Assembly: GCA_016930085.1 (NCBI GenBank)
Contig: JAFGHO010000016.1
Coordinates: forward strand, 31,340-95,339
Direction of reading: 5' to 3'
Origin: Spirochaetales bacterium
Lineage (GTDB): Bacteria; Spirochaetota; Spirochaetia; SZUA-6; JAFGRV01
Length of the DNA stretch: 64,000 bases
Shown: piece by piece, positions 55,250 to 64,000 of the stretch
Numbering within the stretch: the stretch's first letter is position 1
Layout: each line of letters starts with the position of its first letter
Program-made: the position numbers and the translations under genes
The notes under the pieces: model-generated
Databases searched by the model: none
Told to the model about the DNA's origin: nothing
The model's input: only the letters and a program-made list of their open reading frames with translations

Positions 55250-56840
55250 ATTGTTAAAAACCATATTTAGTAAAAACCGGTATCATCCCGACGAATGTGA
55301 TGTGATATTCAATGCTTTTACCGATCCCGTCATTGTCTATAATGCTTTAGGATGTATTATAAAAGCAAACAAGGCAGCAGAAGATTTTTTACAATTCAAT
55401 CCGATAGGATTACATACCATCGGACTTGCCGAAATTCCCGCATCCGGTTTATCGACCGGGAAACCGGATGCGGTCGAGACTCTTTTATCAAAGGCTTTAA
55501 AAGGAGAAATCGGCAAAGATGTATCGTGTCAATTTACGGATAAAAACGGAAATAAAAGGTTTTGCAGCTGTTCAGCCGCGCCAATCCTCGATCGTACCGT
55601 TGTAGCCGGAATTATCCTTGTTTGGCATGACATTACAGAAATAACAGAAAAAGAAAAACAATTGGAAATAAACAATAAAAAGCTGGAAAACCTGGTTAGC
55701 GAAATAAATGAAAAGCAAAAAGTATCGGATAAACAGATAATAAACGATAAGAAAGAAATTGATACAAAAGATTCACAGATAATGGTTTCAAATAAACTGC
55801 TGGAAATAATATTTTCCAATACTCACTTTCTGATTGCTTACTTATCCACGGACTTTACTTTTATCCAGGTGAATGATGCTTATGCAAGGGCATTTAATCG
55901 GTCGCCTGATTTTTTTGCGGGAAAAAATCATTTTGATTTATTTCCCAACGAAGAAAACAAGGCTGTCTTCTCTCACGTTGTAAAATCGGGAGTTTCCTAT
56001 ATAACATATGTAAAGCCGTTTTTTCATCCCGACAAATCGGAATCCGATGCTACCTATTGGGATTGGAGTCTTCAGCCTATAAAAAACAATAATAAAGTTG
56101 AAGGAATCATTTTAGTCCTCATCGATGTGACCAGAAGGAAAAAAGCGGAAGAAGATTTATTTAATGCAAAAAGATTATCGGATATCGGAACACTGGCGGC
56201 GACGGTGGCCCATGAACTCCGCAATCCCCTTGCGGTCATTCAGGCAGCTATTTATAATATCAAGAGAAAAAGTCGGAATAGCGATATTGAGAAACATATA
56301 GAAAATATCAACGCAAAAGTCGAAGAGAGTGAACAGATTATCAATAATCTGCTTGGTTATTCGAAGTTTAAAATTCCTCAAAAGACGGACGTTTCAATTT
56401 ATAATTTTTTAAATGATCTGTTTGATGACATCCAGGGCAAAATGACTAAAGACACTATTATCATCAACAGAAAATACGAATCCCTAAAAGATACGATTAT
56501 TCATATCGATCCCGTCCAAATTCGTGAAGTACTCAATAATATAGTGAATAATGCATATCAAGCCATACCGCAGGTTAACGGCCGTATTGAAATTCAGGGG
56601 AATCTCTCAGGTAACAATCGATTGAATTTATACATTACGGATAACGGAAACGGAATAGAAAATGAAGATTTGGAAAAAATATTTAATCCCTTTTTTACAA
56701 ATAAGTCCAAGGGCACGGGATTGGGGCTAACCATCTGTAAAGAGTTGATCAAACTGCATAATGGAAATATAGAAATACTTAGTCAAAAGGGAGAGGGCAC
56801 TATTGTGAGGATTTCCCTTCCTCTAAACGTGATACCATGA
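55242..56840 (+). CDS. Cytoplasmic PAS-domain sensor histidine kinase
   Basis: Two PAS-like regions and a coiled-coil precede the H-box 'ATVAHELRNPLAVI'. The N/G boxes are 'NNIVNNAYQAI' and 'DNGNGIE...GTGLGLTICKELI'. The start MNKLLKT follows a GGAGAAAAAC RBS and overlaps the upstream RR's last codons. Confidence 0.8.
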   Translation: MNKLLKTIFSKNRYHPDECDVIFNAFTDPVIVYNALGCIIKANKAAEDFLQFNPIGLHTIGLAEIPASGLSTGKPDAVETLLSKALKGEIGKDVSCQFTDKNGNKRFCSCSAAPILDRTVVAGIILVWHDITEITEKEKQLEINNKKLENLVSEINEKQKVSDKQIINDKKEIDTKDSQIMVSNKLLEIIFSNTHFLIAYLSTDFTFIQVNDAYARAFNRSPDFFAGKNHFDLFPNEENKAVFSHVVKSGVSYITYVKPFFHPDKSESDATYWDWSLQPIKNNNKVEGIILVLIDVTRRKKAEEDLFNAKRLSDIGTLAATVAHELRNPLAVIQAAIYNIKRKSRNSDIEKHIENINAKVEESEQIINNLLGYSKFKIPQKTDVSIYNFLNDLFDDIQGKMTKDTIIINRKYESLKDTIIHIDPVQIREVLNNIVNNAYQAIPQVNGRIEIQGNLSGNNRLNLYITDNGNGIENEDLEKIFNPFFTNKSKGTGLGLTICKELIKLHNGNIEILSQKGEGTIVRISLPLNVIP

Positions 56841-57217
56841 AAAAGCGCATACTGATAATCGACGACGATATTCAGCTTTGTGAAGAATTTCAGGATATTT
56901 TAGTAGCTGAAGGGTTTTGTGTAAACATAGTTCACAACGGACTTTCCGGGAAGAAAATCCTGGAAAATGAAGTATTTGATATACTCCTTTTGGATATAAA
57001 AATTCCCGGTTTATCTGGTTTTGAAATTCTGAAATGGCTAAAGGATAATCATTATCAGTTGAGAATAATTATATTAACGGGAAGGCCTTTGTACAGGGCA
57101 GGGTATATAACGGATAAGAACGACGTGGAAGAAATATTGCTGGATTATGCCGATGAAGTCATCAACAAACCATCAACCATTGAAAATATAATAAATAAAA
57201 TCAAACACTATCAATAA
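56837..57217 (+). CDS. Single-domain response regulator receiver
   Basis: 'ILIIDDDIQLCEEF...ILLLDIKIPGLSG'. It overlaps the kinase stop by 4 nt. Confidence 0.7.
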   Translation: MKKRILIIDDDIQLCEEFQDILVAEGFCVNIVHNGLSGKKILENEVFDILLLDIKIPGLSGFEILKWLKDNHYQLRIIILTGRPLYRAGYITDKNDVEEILLDYADEVINKPSTIENIINKIKHYQ

Positions 57218-57342
57218 AAGCCGGCGCGGCCATTGTCAAAGGTAATAGAAAAACGGAAAACAGACAGAAGAAACAGGAAACACCTGATGTTAATTGACCG
57301 TAATTCGTCTAGAATTGGAACGTTCCCAATAAATGGAGGGTC

Positions 57343-57660
57343 ATGATGAGTTTTGTCGATCGAATGAAAAAAATTATCCAAAAAAGCCTTGAAGACTCGC
57401 CGGTTTCTTCAGAGCAGCAATTGATAAAGACTAAAGAATACGGAAAGAAGAATTTTTTAATCCGCGACATTAGTCGGTTGGAAAAAGCAATGGAAAATAA
57501 ATTTATAATTATCGGGAATGAAGTTTATTCGGCCTTAATGGAGAAACACCTGGGTACTATCGACAAAGAGACACCGGAAATAAAGGATATTCTTCTTGAC
57601 ATTATGAACCTTGAAAAACTGATATCAGCGAAAAAAATTCTATTAAAAAAAGTGGATTAA
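57343..57660 (+). CDS. Hypothetical protein
   Basis: 105-aa ORF with an AT-rich context and a GGAGGG RBS. No motifs. Confidence 0.3.
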   Translation: MMSFVDRMKKIIQKSLEDSPVSSEQQLIKTKEYGKKNFLIRDISRLEKAMENKFIIIGNEVYSALMEKHLGTIDKETPEIKDILLDIMNLEKLISAKKILLKKVD

Positions 57661-57898
57661 AATGCACCAATCACGGATATGGAAATAGATCAATAAAAAA
57701 GGGAAATCCGCTCTTGAGTTAAATGCGGTTTTGAATGAGAATGTATGTATGAGAATTCAAGGTATTCTCGGATGAGCTTAGTGAGCCGACATTTGCATGT
57801 ATATTGTTTTCATTTGTAATTAGAATACTTTTTAAGCACATAAAAATGTTTTAATTGTAGTAAAATCTTAATTGTTCTTCACATGAGGAGAAAAGAGT

Positions 57899-58216
57899 AT
57901 GATCACAAAAGATGAATTTGTCAACGACTTGAAAAATCAACTTGATGAACTGAATACCGGAATCGACAATATCGAAAAGAAGGTCAAAGTAGTCAGGGAA
58001 GGATCCAAAGCGAGGCTTCAAGCACGGATAACGTATCTTCGTGAAAAGCGTGACGCTGCCCTGTCAAAGCTTCAGGAAGTAAAAAATACGAGCGAAGAGA
58101 CATGGCAGGACATGAAAAAGGGAACGATCAATATCATTAATTCTCTTAAGAACGCTATATTGAAAACAAAGTCGCATTTCAAAAAAAGGAAAGACGATAT
58201 CATCGTCGAGAATTAA
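57899..58216 (+). CDS. Hypothetical coiled-coil protein
   Basis: 105 aa, Lys/Glu-rich. A GAGGAG RBS is present. Confidence 0.3.
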   Translation: MITKDEFVNDLKNQLDELNTGIDNIEKKVKVVREGSKARLQARITYLREKRDAALSKLQEVKNTSEETWQDMKKGTINIINSLKNAILKTKSHFKKRKDDIIVEN

Positions 58217-58270
58217 TCGGACGGGACGGTAATCTACCGTTATCTTTCGGGTGCAATTGGAATACAATTA

Positions 58271-59695
58271 TCACCCGACATATTTTATGATCCCTTCCGC
58301 CGCCCGTTTCCCCGCTTCGATGGCGCGGACGACCAGGGAGGGACCGCTTGCCATGTCGCCGGCCGAGAAAACGCCTTTGACATTCGTCATCCCCTCCTCA
58401 TCGGTCTTTATGAATCCGTTCGGGGATACCTCGATTCCCATGGATTCGACGAGCCGCCCGTTGCCGTGGCCTGAAAATCCCATGGCCAGGATCACCAGGT
58501 CCGCCTCGAGGTCGAATTCGGTTCCGGGTTTTTCTTTCATCCGTGCCGGGAGCCCGTTTTCTCCGGCAGACCATTCGACACGGACCGCTTGCAATCCCGT
58601 CAATTTCCCTTTTTTCCCGGAAAACCCGGTCGTCTTGACCGACCAGAGCCGGGTTCCGCCCTCTTTGTGGCTGCTCGACTCGCGGAGCTGATACGGCCAC
58701 TTCGGCCATGGTGTGAACTCCGATCTCGCAGCCGGGGGTTCGGGAAGGATCTCGAGTTGATGAATCCGTGCGGCACGCTGGCGTATCGCGGTGCCGAGGC
58801 AGTCGGCGCCGGTATCGCCCCCGCCGATAACGACCGTCTTTTTCCCGGTCGCGAGAATCTGCCTGATACCGCTTACATCCTCTCCGGCCACACGCCGGTT
58901 CTGCTGAATCAGGTACTCCATCGCGAAGTGAATCCCGTCGAGGTTTCTTCCAGGCACATCGATATCCCGCGGCGCTTCGGCCCCGCAGGCCAGGCATATC
59001 GCGTCGTATCTGCTTTCGAGATAATGAAACGAAATATCGGTTCCCGCCTCGATACCGGTTTCGAAGACGATCCCTTCGGCCTTCATGAGATCGACCCGCC
59101 GTTCGACGATGTTTTTCTCCAGTTTGAAATCCGGAATCCCGTACCGCAAGATACCTCCCGCCCGATGGGCTTTCTCGAATACGGTAACGGTATATCCCGC
59201 CCTGTTGAGAAAGAGGGCGGCGGCGAGTCCCGCCGGTCCCGAACCGACAACCGCCACCGACAACCCGTTTCTTTCCGCCGGGGGTTCCGGGAAGATATAT
59301 CCTTCCCTGAATCCCTTTTCGATAAGCGCGAGTTCTATCTGGCGGATCGTCACCGCATCATCGTTGATGGCGAGCACGCAGGATGTCTCACAGAGCGCAG
59401 GACAAATTCTCCCGGTAAACTCGGGAAACGGGTTTGTCGAAAGGATGAGCCTGATCCCTTCCCGCCATTTTTTCCGGTACACGAGTTCGTTCATTTCGGG
59501 TATGATATTTTCAACGGGGCACCCGTAACCGTGGCAGAAGGGGGTCCCGCATTCCATACAACGCGCCGCCTGGACGTGGAGCGTTTCTTCGTCGAGCATC
59601 CGCTCCACCTCTCTGAAATCCCTGACCCGCTCCTCCGGTTCGCGGTACACCGGATCGGTCCTGTCGTATTCGAGAAAACCGCCCTGTTTACCCAT
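58271..59695 (-). CDS. gltD: Glutamate synthase (NADPH) small subunit
   Basis: The Fe-S Cys cluster is 'CMECGTPFCHGYGCP'. The FAD/NAD Rossmann motifs are 'VAVVGSGPAGLAAA' and 'VVIGGGDTGADC'. Confidence 0.9.
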   Translation of the reverse strand: MGKQGGFLEYDRTDPVYREPEERVRDFREVERMLDEETLHVQAARCMECGTPFCHGYGCPVENIIPEMNELVYRKKWREGIRLILSTNPFPEFTGRICPALCETSCVLAINDDAVTIRQIELALIEKGFREGYIFPEPPAERNGLSVAVVGSGPAGLAAALFLNRAGYTVTVFEKAHRAGGILRYGIPDFKLEKNIVERRVDLMKAEGIVFETGIEAGTDISFHYLESRYDAICLACGAEAPRDIDVPGRNLDGIHFAMEYLIQQNRRVAGEDVSGIRQILATGKKTVVIGGGDTGADCLGTAIRQRAARIHQLEILPEPPAARSEFTPWPKWPYQLRESSSHKEGGTRLWSVKTTGFSGKKGKLTGLQAVRVEWSAGENGLPARMKEKPGTEFDLEADLVILAMGFSGHGNGRLVESMGIEVSPNGFIKTDEEGMTNVKGVFSAGDMASGPSLVVRAIEAGKRAAEGIIKYVG

Positions 59696-62600
59696 GGACC
59701 ACCTCCTCTCGCTGAACCTTCTCATCCTCCCGCATCATTTTCCCCAGAACGCGCCGGTATTCCATGGGAAATACCTTGACAAACGATGGAAGACACGCCT
59801 CCCAGTTGTCAAGGATGTGGCACGCTTTGGCGCTTCCCGTCAGGGCCGCGTGACGGCCGATCATCTCCTTCAGTTCTTCACAATCACCGGATTCCGTCAC
59901 AATCTCCAGATCGACCATGGCGAGGTTGCACCGTTCATCGAAAAGCCTGTCTTCATCGTAAACGTAAGCGATGCCCCCGCTCATACCGGCTCCAAAGTTG
60001 ACCCCCGTTTTCCCGAGTACGACCACAACGCCGCCGGTCATGTATTCGCACCCGTGATCGCCGACCCCCTCGACAACGGCGCGCGCGCCGCTGTTCCGTA
60101 TGCCGAAGCGCTCCCCCGCGACGCCGTTCAGGTATACTTCTCCCGCGGTCGCTCCGTAAAGATTGACGTTTCCGGAAATGATGTTTCCTGAGGGATCGAA
60201 ACTGCTTCCCTCCGGGGGTTTGACGATAATCTTCGCGCCGCTCAACCCCTTGCCCAGATAATCATTCGCCTCGCCTTCCAGAACGAACGTAATACCGTGC
60301 GCGCCGAACGCCCCGAAACTCTGACCCGCCGGGCCGGAAAATCGAAGGGTAATCGTATCGTCCGGAAGCCCGGCATACCCGTACCGCCTGGCGATAATTC
60401 CCGAAAGCATGGCACCGACGGTTCGGTGAATGTTTTTTATATCCAGACCGATCGTGACCTTCTCCCTTTTTTCGATCGCCTTCCGTGCCTTTTCGATAAT
60501 TTTCGCATCCAGGATACCGTTCAATCCGTGATCCTGCTTCTCCGTACACCGCACGGCCTGAAGCGTCCCTTCTGGGTGTGAAAAAATTCGCGAGAAATCC
60601 ATTCCTTTCGATTTCCAGAAATCGACAGCCTTGTTGGCCGAAAGAAGATCACTTCTGCCGATTATTTCATCGAGCGTTCTGAAACCGAGTTGCGCAAGAT
60701 ATTCCCTCACTTCGGAAGCGATCATATGAAAAAAATTGACGATATATTCCGGTTTTCCGCTGAACCGCCTTCTGAGCCGTTCGTCCTGTGTCGCGACCCC
60801 GACGGGACATGTGTTCTTGTGACATTGGCGCATCATCACGCATCCGCACACGACAAGCGGCGCCGTCGCGAACCCGAACTCCTCCGCGCCCAGCATCGCG
60901 GCGATAATGACATCGCGTCCGGTCTTCATCTGCCCGTCGGCCTGCACCCGTATCCTGTTCCGAAGGTTGTTCAGCACCAGTGTCTGGTGTGTTTCGGCGA
61001 GGCCGAGTTCCCACGGTACACCGGCGTGGCGAATCGACGAAAGGGGGGATGCACCCGTGCCGCCGTCGTAACCGCTGATCAGAACCATATCAGCCCGCGC
61101 CTTGGCAACGCCGGCCGCGATCGTTCCAACCCCGATTTCCGAAACGAGTTTCACCGAGATTCTTGCTTCCGGATTGACATTTTTCAGGTCAAAGATCAGT
61201 TGTGCGATATCCTCGATCGAGTAGATGTCGTGGTGCGGAGGCGGTGAAATAAGAGTAACCCCGGGCGTCGAGTGGCGTACTCTGGCTATCTCGGCATTGA
61301 CCTTGTGACCGGGCAGTTGCCCCCCCTCGCCCGGCTTCGCGCCCTGTGCTATCTTGATCTGAAGTTCTCTTGCATTGACCAAATATTCGGTGGTCACACC
61401 GAACCGCCCGCTCGCCACCTGTTTTATCATACTGCACCGGGAGTCCCCGTTCGGCAGCTTTCCGTACCGTTCCGGGTCTTCCCCCCCCTCACCGCTGTTG
61501 CTTGCCGCCCCGAGTCTGTTCATCGCAATGGCGAGCGTCTCGTGGGTTTCCCTGCTTATCGAACCGAACGACATCGCGCCGGTGACAAAGCGTTTGATGA
61601 TGGCTTCCGCGGGTTCGACCTCGGCCAGGGGGATAGGTTTTGTTTCCCTGAAAGAAAACATCCCCCGAATGGTCGAAAGGGCCCCCGCCTGTTCATTAAT
61701 CAATGCCGAATACCGCCGGTAGAGCTTCATATCGAAAGTTCGCGTTGCCTGTTGAAGACAGTGAATGGATTCCGGCGTCCAGAGATGGCGCTCCCCGTCT
61801 TTACGATAACGGAAATGTCCCCCCGAAGGAAGCAGATCCGCGGCAAACGAAAAAGGCAATGCCGTTGTTTCATAGCGCGATTCTATTTCCGCGCATATTT
61901 CCCTGAGTCCGATACCCCCGATGCGTGTCGGCGTTCCGCGAAAATATGAATCCACGAACGCTTCACTCAAACCGATCGCTTCGAATATTTTCGCCCCGCG
62001 GTAACTTCGCAATGTCGAAATCCCCATTTTCGACATGATTTTCAGCAATCCCTTGCAGAGCGCCTTGATATAATTCTCAAGGGCCGTTGTAACGCTTCGT
62101 TTTTCACTCAGTTCATCATTGCCTGCCATTGCCGCGATCGATTCAAAAGCGAGATAAGGATTGACGGCCGTCGCCCCGTAGCCCAGAAGCAAAGCGATAT
62201 GCATGACCTCACGGGGTTCTCCCGATTCGACGATGATTCCGGCCTCTGTCCTGAGTCCTTTATTTATAAGATGCTGATGTATTGCGGAGACGGCAAGGAG
62301 TGCCGGGATCGGGGTGAGATGGTCGGGCAGATCGCGGTCGCTTACGATAAGCAGGTTATCGCCGTACGATACCGCGGCCTCCGCCTTGTTGCGGAGATAG
62401 CGGAGGGCCTCTTCCAGGTCCGCCTCCGTCCCGTGGCGAGGATACGCCATGCGGATAAGCCGTGTGCGGAAATCCTTATGGTTCAGGTTCCGTATACGGT
62501 CGATGTCCTCATTCGAGAGGATCGGATGCTTGAGTTTGATGAGCCGGGCATGCTGCGGGGTTTCGGTAAGAATATTCGCGGGATTTCCGATAAAGGTCAT

Positions 62601-64000
62601 GAGGGACATGACAAGTTCCTCCCTGATCGGATCGATAGCCGGATTGGTAATCTGCGCGAAAAGCTGTTTGAAATAGTTGTAGAGCAATTGCGGTTGTTCC
62701 GAAAAAACCGCGAGGGGCACATCATGCCCCATGGACCCGACAGGTTCGTGTCCGGTGACCGCCATGGGCCCGAGTATGCCGGAAAGATCCTCGCGGGTGT
62801 AACCGAAACGCTTCTGACGAAGCAGGAGGGTTCCGGTGTCGGGGGTTATCGGTGCTATCGCGGAATAAAAACCGTGCAGTTCGATTTTATTTTCCTGCAC
62901 CCACCGTCTGTAAGGCTTGTTTCGCGCACAGCCCGCCTTTATCTCCCCGTCTTTGAGTACCCGCTTTTTTCCGAGGTCAACGAGAATCATTTCACCGGGC
63001 TGCAGGGCTCCTTTTTCTTCGACATCTTCCGGTTTCACGTCAAAAACGCCCACTTCGGACGCCAGAACAACGAGACCGTCTTTGGTGACCGTATACCGCG
63101 CGGGTCTGAGGCCGTTTCTGTCAAGAAGCGCACCCACTTTCACACCGTCGGTAAAAACAACGGTCGCCGGACCGTCCCAGGGTTCGATAATACCGGCGTG
63201 GTATTCGAAAAACCCGCGTACATCGGGCCCCATCCTGTACTTCTCTCCCCACGCCTGGGGAATCAGCATGAGCATCGCGTGTTCGATCGAACGCCCCCCG
63301 GCGACAAGCAGTTCGAGGGCGTTATCCAGACAGGCTGAATCGCTTCCCCCTTCATCGATCACCGGCAGAATCTTTTCAATCTCAAATCCCGGAATCGCCG
63401 TGGAAAGCTTCTGCTCGCGGGATTTCATATGGTTGATATTTCCCCTGATTGTATTGATCTCTCCGTTATGAGCCAGATATCTGAACGGCTGGGCGAGGCT
63501 CCATGAGGGAAAGGTGTTGGTGCTGTAGCGTTGATGGACAACGGCAAGGGCACTGGCGAAATCTTTTTCGCCAAGATCGGGGAAATACCCCTTCAACTGG
63601 GGGGCGATAAAAAGGCCCTTGTAACAGATCGTTCTGCATGAAAGACTCGGAATGTAAAAACGCTCCCCGGCAGGAAGCTGAGCCCCGCATGTTTTTTCGG
63701 CCGTCCTCCGGATGATGTAAAGCCGGCGGTCGAAATCTTCCGGCACAGGTATATCCGCCCGTATAAAACATTGCATGACAACGGGCTGCTCATCCCTGGC
63801 TTTCCCCTCGATCGCACTGTCATCAACAGGAACCCGGCGCCATCCGCACACTTCACACCCTGAAGCCGACGCGATACGCTCGAACCGTTCGATACACTCA
63901 TCGCGATACCGGACATCCTGCGGCAGAAAGAACATCCCCACACCGTAAGGGCCTTTTTCCGGCAGTTTAATGGAAGATTCCTGGGCGATTCTCCGGAAAA
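59688..64000 (-). CDS. gltB: Glutamate synthase large subunit (N-terminus lies beyond the window end)
   Basis: The central FMN/Fe-S domain ('GGSNSGEGGE', 'ISPPPHHDIYSIEDL') and a C-terminal GXGXG-repeat domain are present. The GATase-II region 'GMFFLPQD' sits near the window edge. The true N-terminal Cys start would lie past 64000. Confidence 0.9.
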   Translation of the reverse strand, partial: FRRIAQESSIKLPEKGPYGVGMFFLPQDVRYRDECIERFERIASASGCEVCGWRRVPVDDSAIEGKARDEQPVVMQCFIRADIPVPEDFDRRLYIIRRTAEKTCGAQLPAGERFYIPSLSCRTICYKGLFIAPQLKGYFPDLGEKDFASALAVVHQRYSTNTFPSWSLAQPFRYLAHNGEINTIRGNINHMKSREQKLSTAIPGFEIEKILPVIDEGGSDSACLDNALELLVAGGRSIEHAMLMLIPQAWGEKYRMGPDVRGFFEYHAGIIEPWDGPATVVFTDGVKVGALLDRNGLRPARYTVTKDGLVVLASEVGVFDVKPEDVEEKGALQPGEMILVDLGKKRVLKDGEIKAGCARNKPYRRWVQENKIELHGFYSAIAPITPDTGTLLLRQKRFGYTREDLSGILGPMAVTGHEPVGSMGHDVPLAVFSEQPQLLYNYFKQLFAQITNPAIDPIREELVMSLMTFIGNPANILTETPQHARLIKLKHPILSNEDIDRIRNLNHKDFRTRLIRMAYPRHGTEADLEEALRYLRNKAEAAVSYGDNLLIVSDRDLPDHLTPIPALLAVSAIHQHLINKGLRTEAGIIVESGEPREVMHIALLLGYGATAVNPYLAFESIAAMAGNDELSEKRSVTTALENYIKALCKGLLKIMSKMGISTLRSYRGAKIFEAIGLSEAFVDSYFRGTPTRIGGIGLREICAEIESRYETTALPFSFAADLLPSGGHFRYRKDGERHLWTPESIHCLQQATRTFDMKLYRRYSALINEQAGALSTIRGMFSFRETKPIPLAEVEPAEAIIKRFVTGAMSFGSISRETHETLAIAMNRLGAASNSGEGGEDPERYGKLPNGDSRCSMIKQVASGRFGVTTEYLVNARELQIKIAQGAKPGEGGQLPGHKVNAEIARVRHSTPGVTLISPPPHHDIYSIEDIAQLIFDLKNVNPEARISVKLVSEIGVGTIAAGVAKARADMVLISGYDGGTGASPLSSIRHAGVPWELGLAETHQTLVLNNLRNRIRVQADGQMKTGRDVIIAAMLGAEEFGFATAPLVVCGCVMMRQCHKNTCPVGVATQDERLRRRFSGKPEYIVNFFHMIASEVREYLAQLGFRTLDEIIGRSDLLSANKAVDFWKSKGMDFSRIFSHPEGTLQAVRCTEKQDHGLNGILDAKIIEKARKAIEKREKVTIGLDIKNIHRTVGAMLSGIIARRYGYAGLPDDTITLRFSGPAGQSFGAFGAHGITFVLEGEANDYLGKGLSGAKIIVKPPEGSSFDPSGNIISGNVNLYGATAGEVYLNGVAGERFGIRNSGARAVVEGVGDHGCEYMTGGVVVVLGKTGVNFGAGMSGGIAYVYDEDRLFDERCNLAMVDLEIVTESGDCEELKEMIGRHAALTGSAKACHILDNWEACLPSFVKVFPMEYRRVLGKMMREDEKVQREEVVHG

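Noticed and set aside
58247-58278. Hairpin tcgggtg...cacccga between the 57899-58216 ORF and gltD
   Set aside because: Its 3' arm overlaps the last codons of gltD, and the U-tract is weak on both strands. It is not convincing as a terminator.
62199-63338. 379-aa plus-strand ORF and several others inside gltB/gltD (e.g. 58589-59779, 61272-61949)
   Set aside because: They are antisense or overlapping frames within the highly conserved glutamate synthase genes. They are high-GC artefacts.

Overview
The window is a 64 kb bacterial chromosomal segment. The Spirochaete-like impression is a guess from gene content, not a claim. GC content was judged by eye only. Most of the window is GC-rich and carries core metabolism and signalling genes. 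These include gltB (partial) and gltD, metK, trpS, 6-phosphofructokinase, a class I FBP aldolase, three histidine kinase/response regulator systems, a PHP-UvrD helicase and a dockerin-bearing GH10 xylanase. Two stretches look more AT-rich and read as accessory islands. Island 1 (about 45.2-53.4 kb) is the best candidate for an undescribed system: a RiPP/bacteriocin-like operon. It holds a 48-aa cysteine-free precursor with a double-glycine (GA) leader and a very hydrophobic core. Downstream are a radical-SAM maturase with only a partial SPASM/twitch-like domain, a PqqD-like RRE fusion protein, a LolA-like secreted protein, a small membrane protein, an ABC exporter, a standalone C39-like peptidase and a CPBP/Abi-type intramembrane protease. 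An AT-rich AraC-RR / PAS-kinase / REC two-component module follows at 54.5-57.2 kb. Island 2 (about 17.3-22.1 kb) carries two tandem, divergent class-III nucleotidyl-cyclase homologs, one fused to a receiver domain. With them are an HTH-WYL-WCX (CapW/BrxR-like) regulator, a 35-aa hydrophobic mini-ORF and a divergently transcribed dGTPase-family HD hydrolase. A third, minimal cyclase-homology gene sits at 8.6-9.25 kb. Other notable items are a roughly 1450-aa alpha-2-macroglobulin-like secreted protein without a recognisable thioester, five phased CGATAAAG direct repeats upstream of metK, near-identical 111-bp tandem repeats inside a secreted repeat protein, and an HPr-domain fusion. All calls rest on motifs read directly from the translations; no database search was possible.
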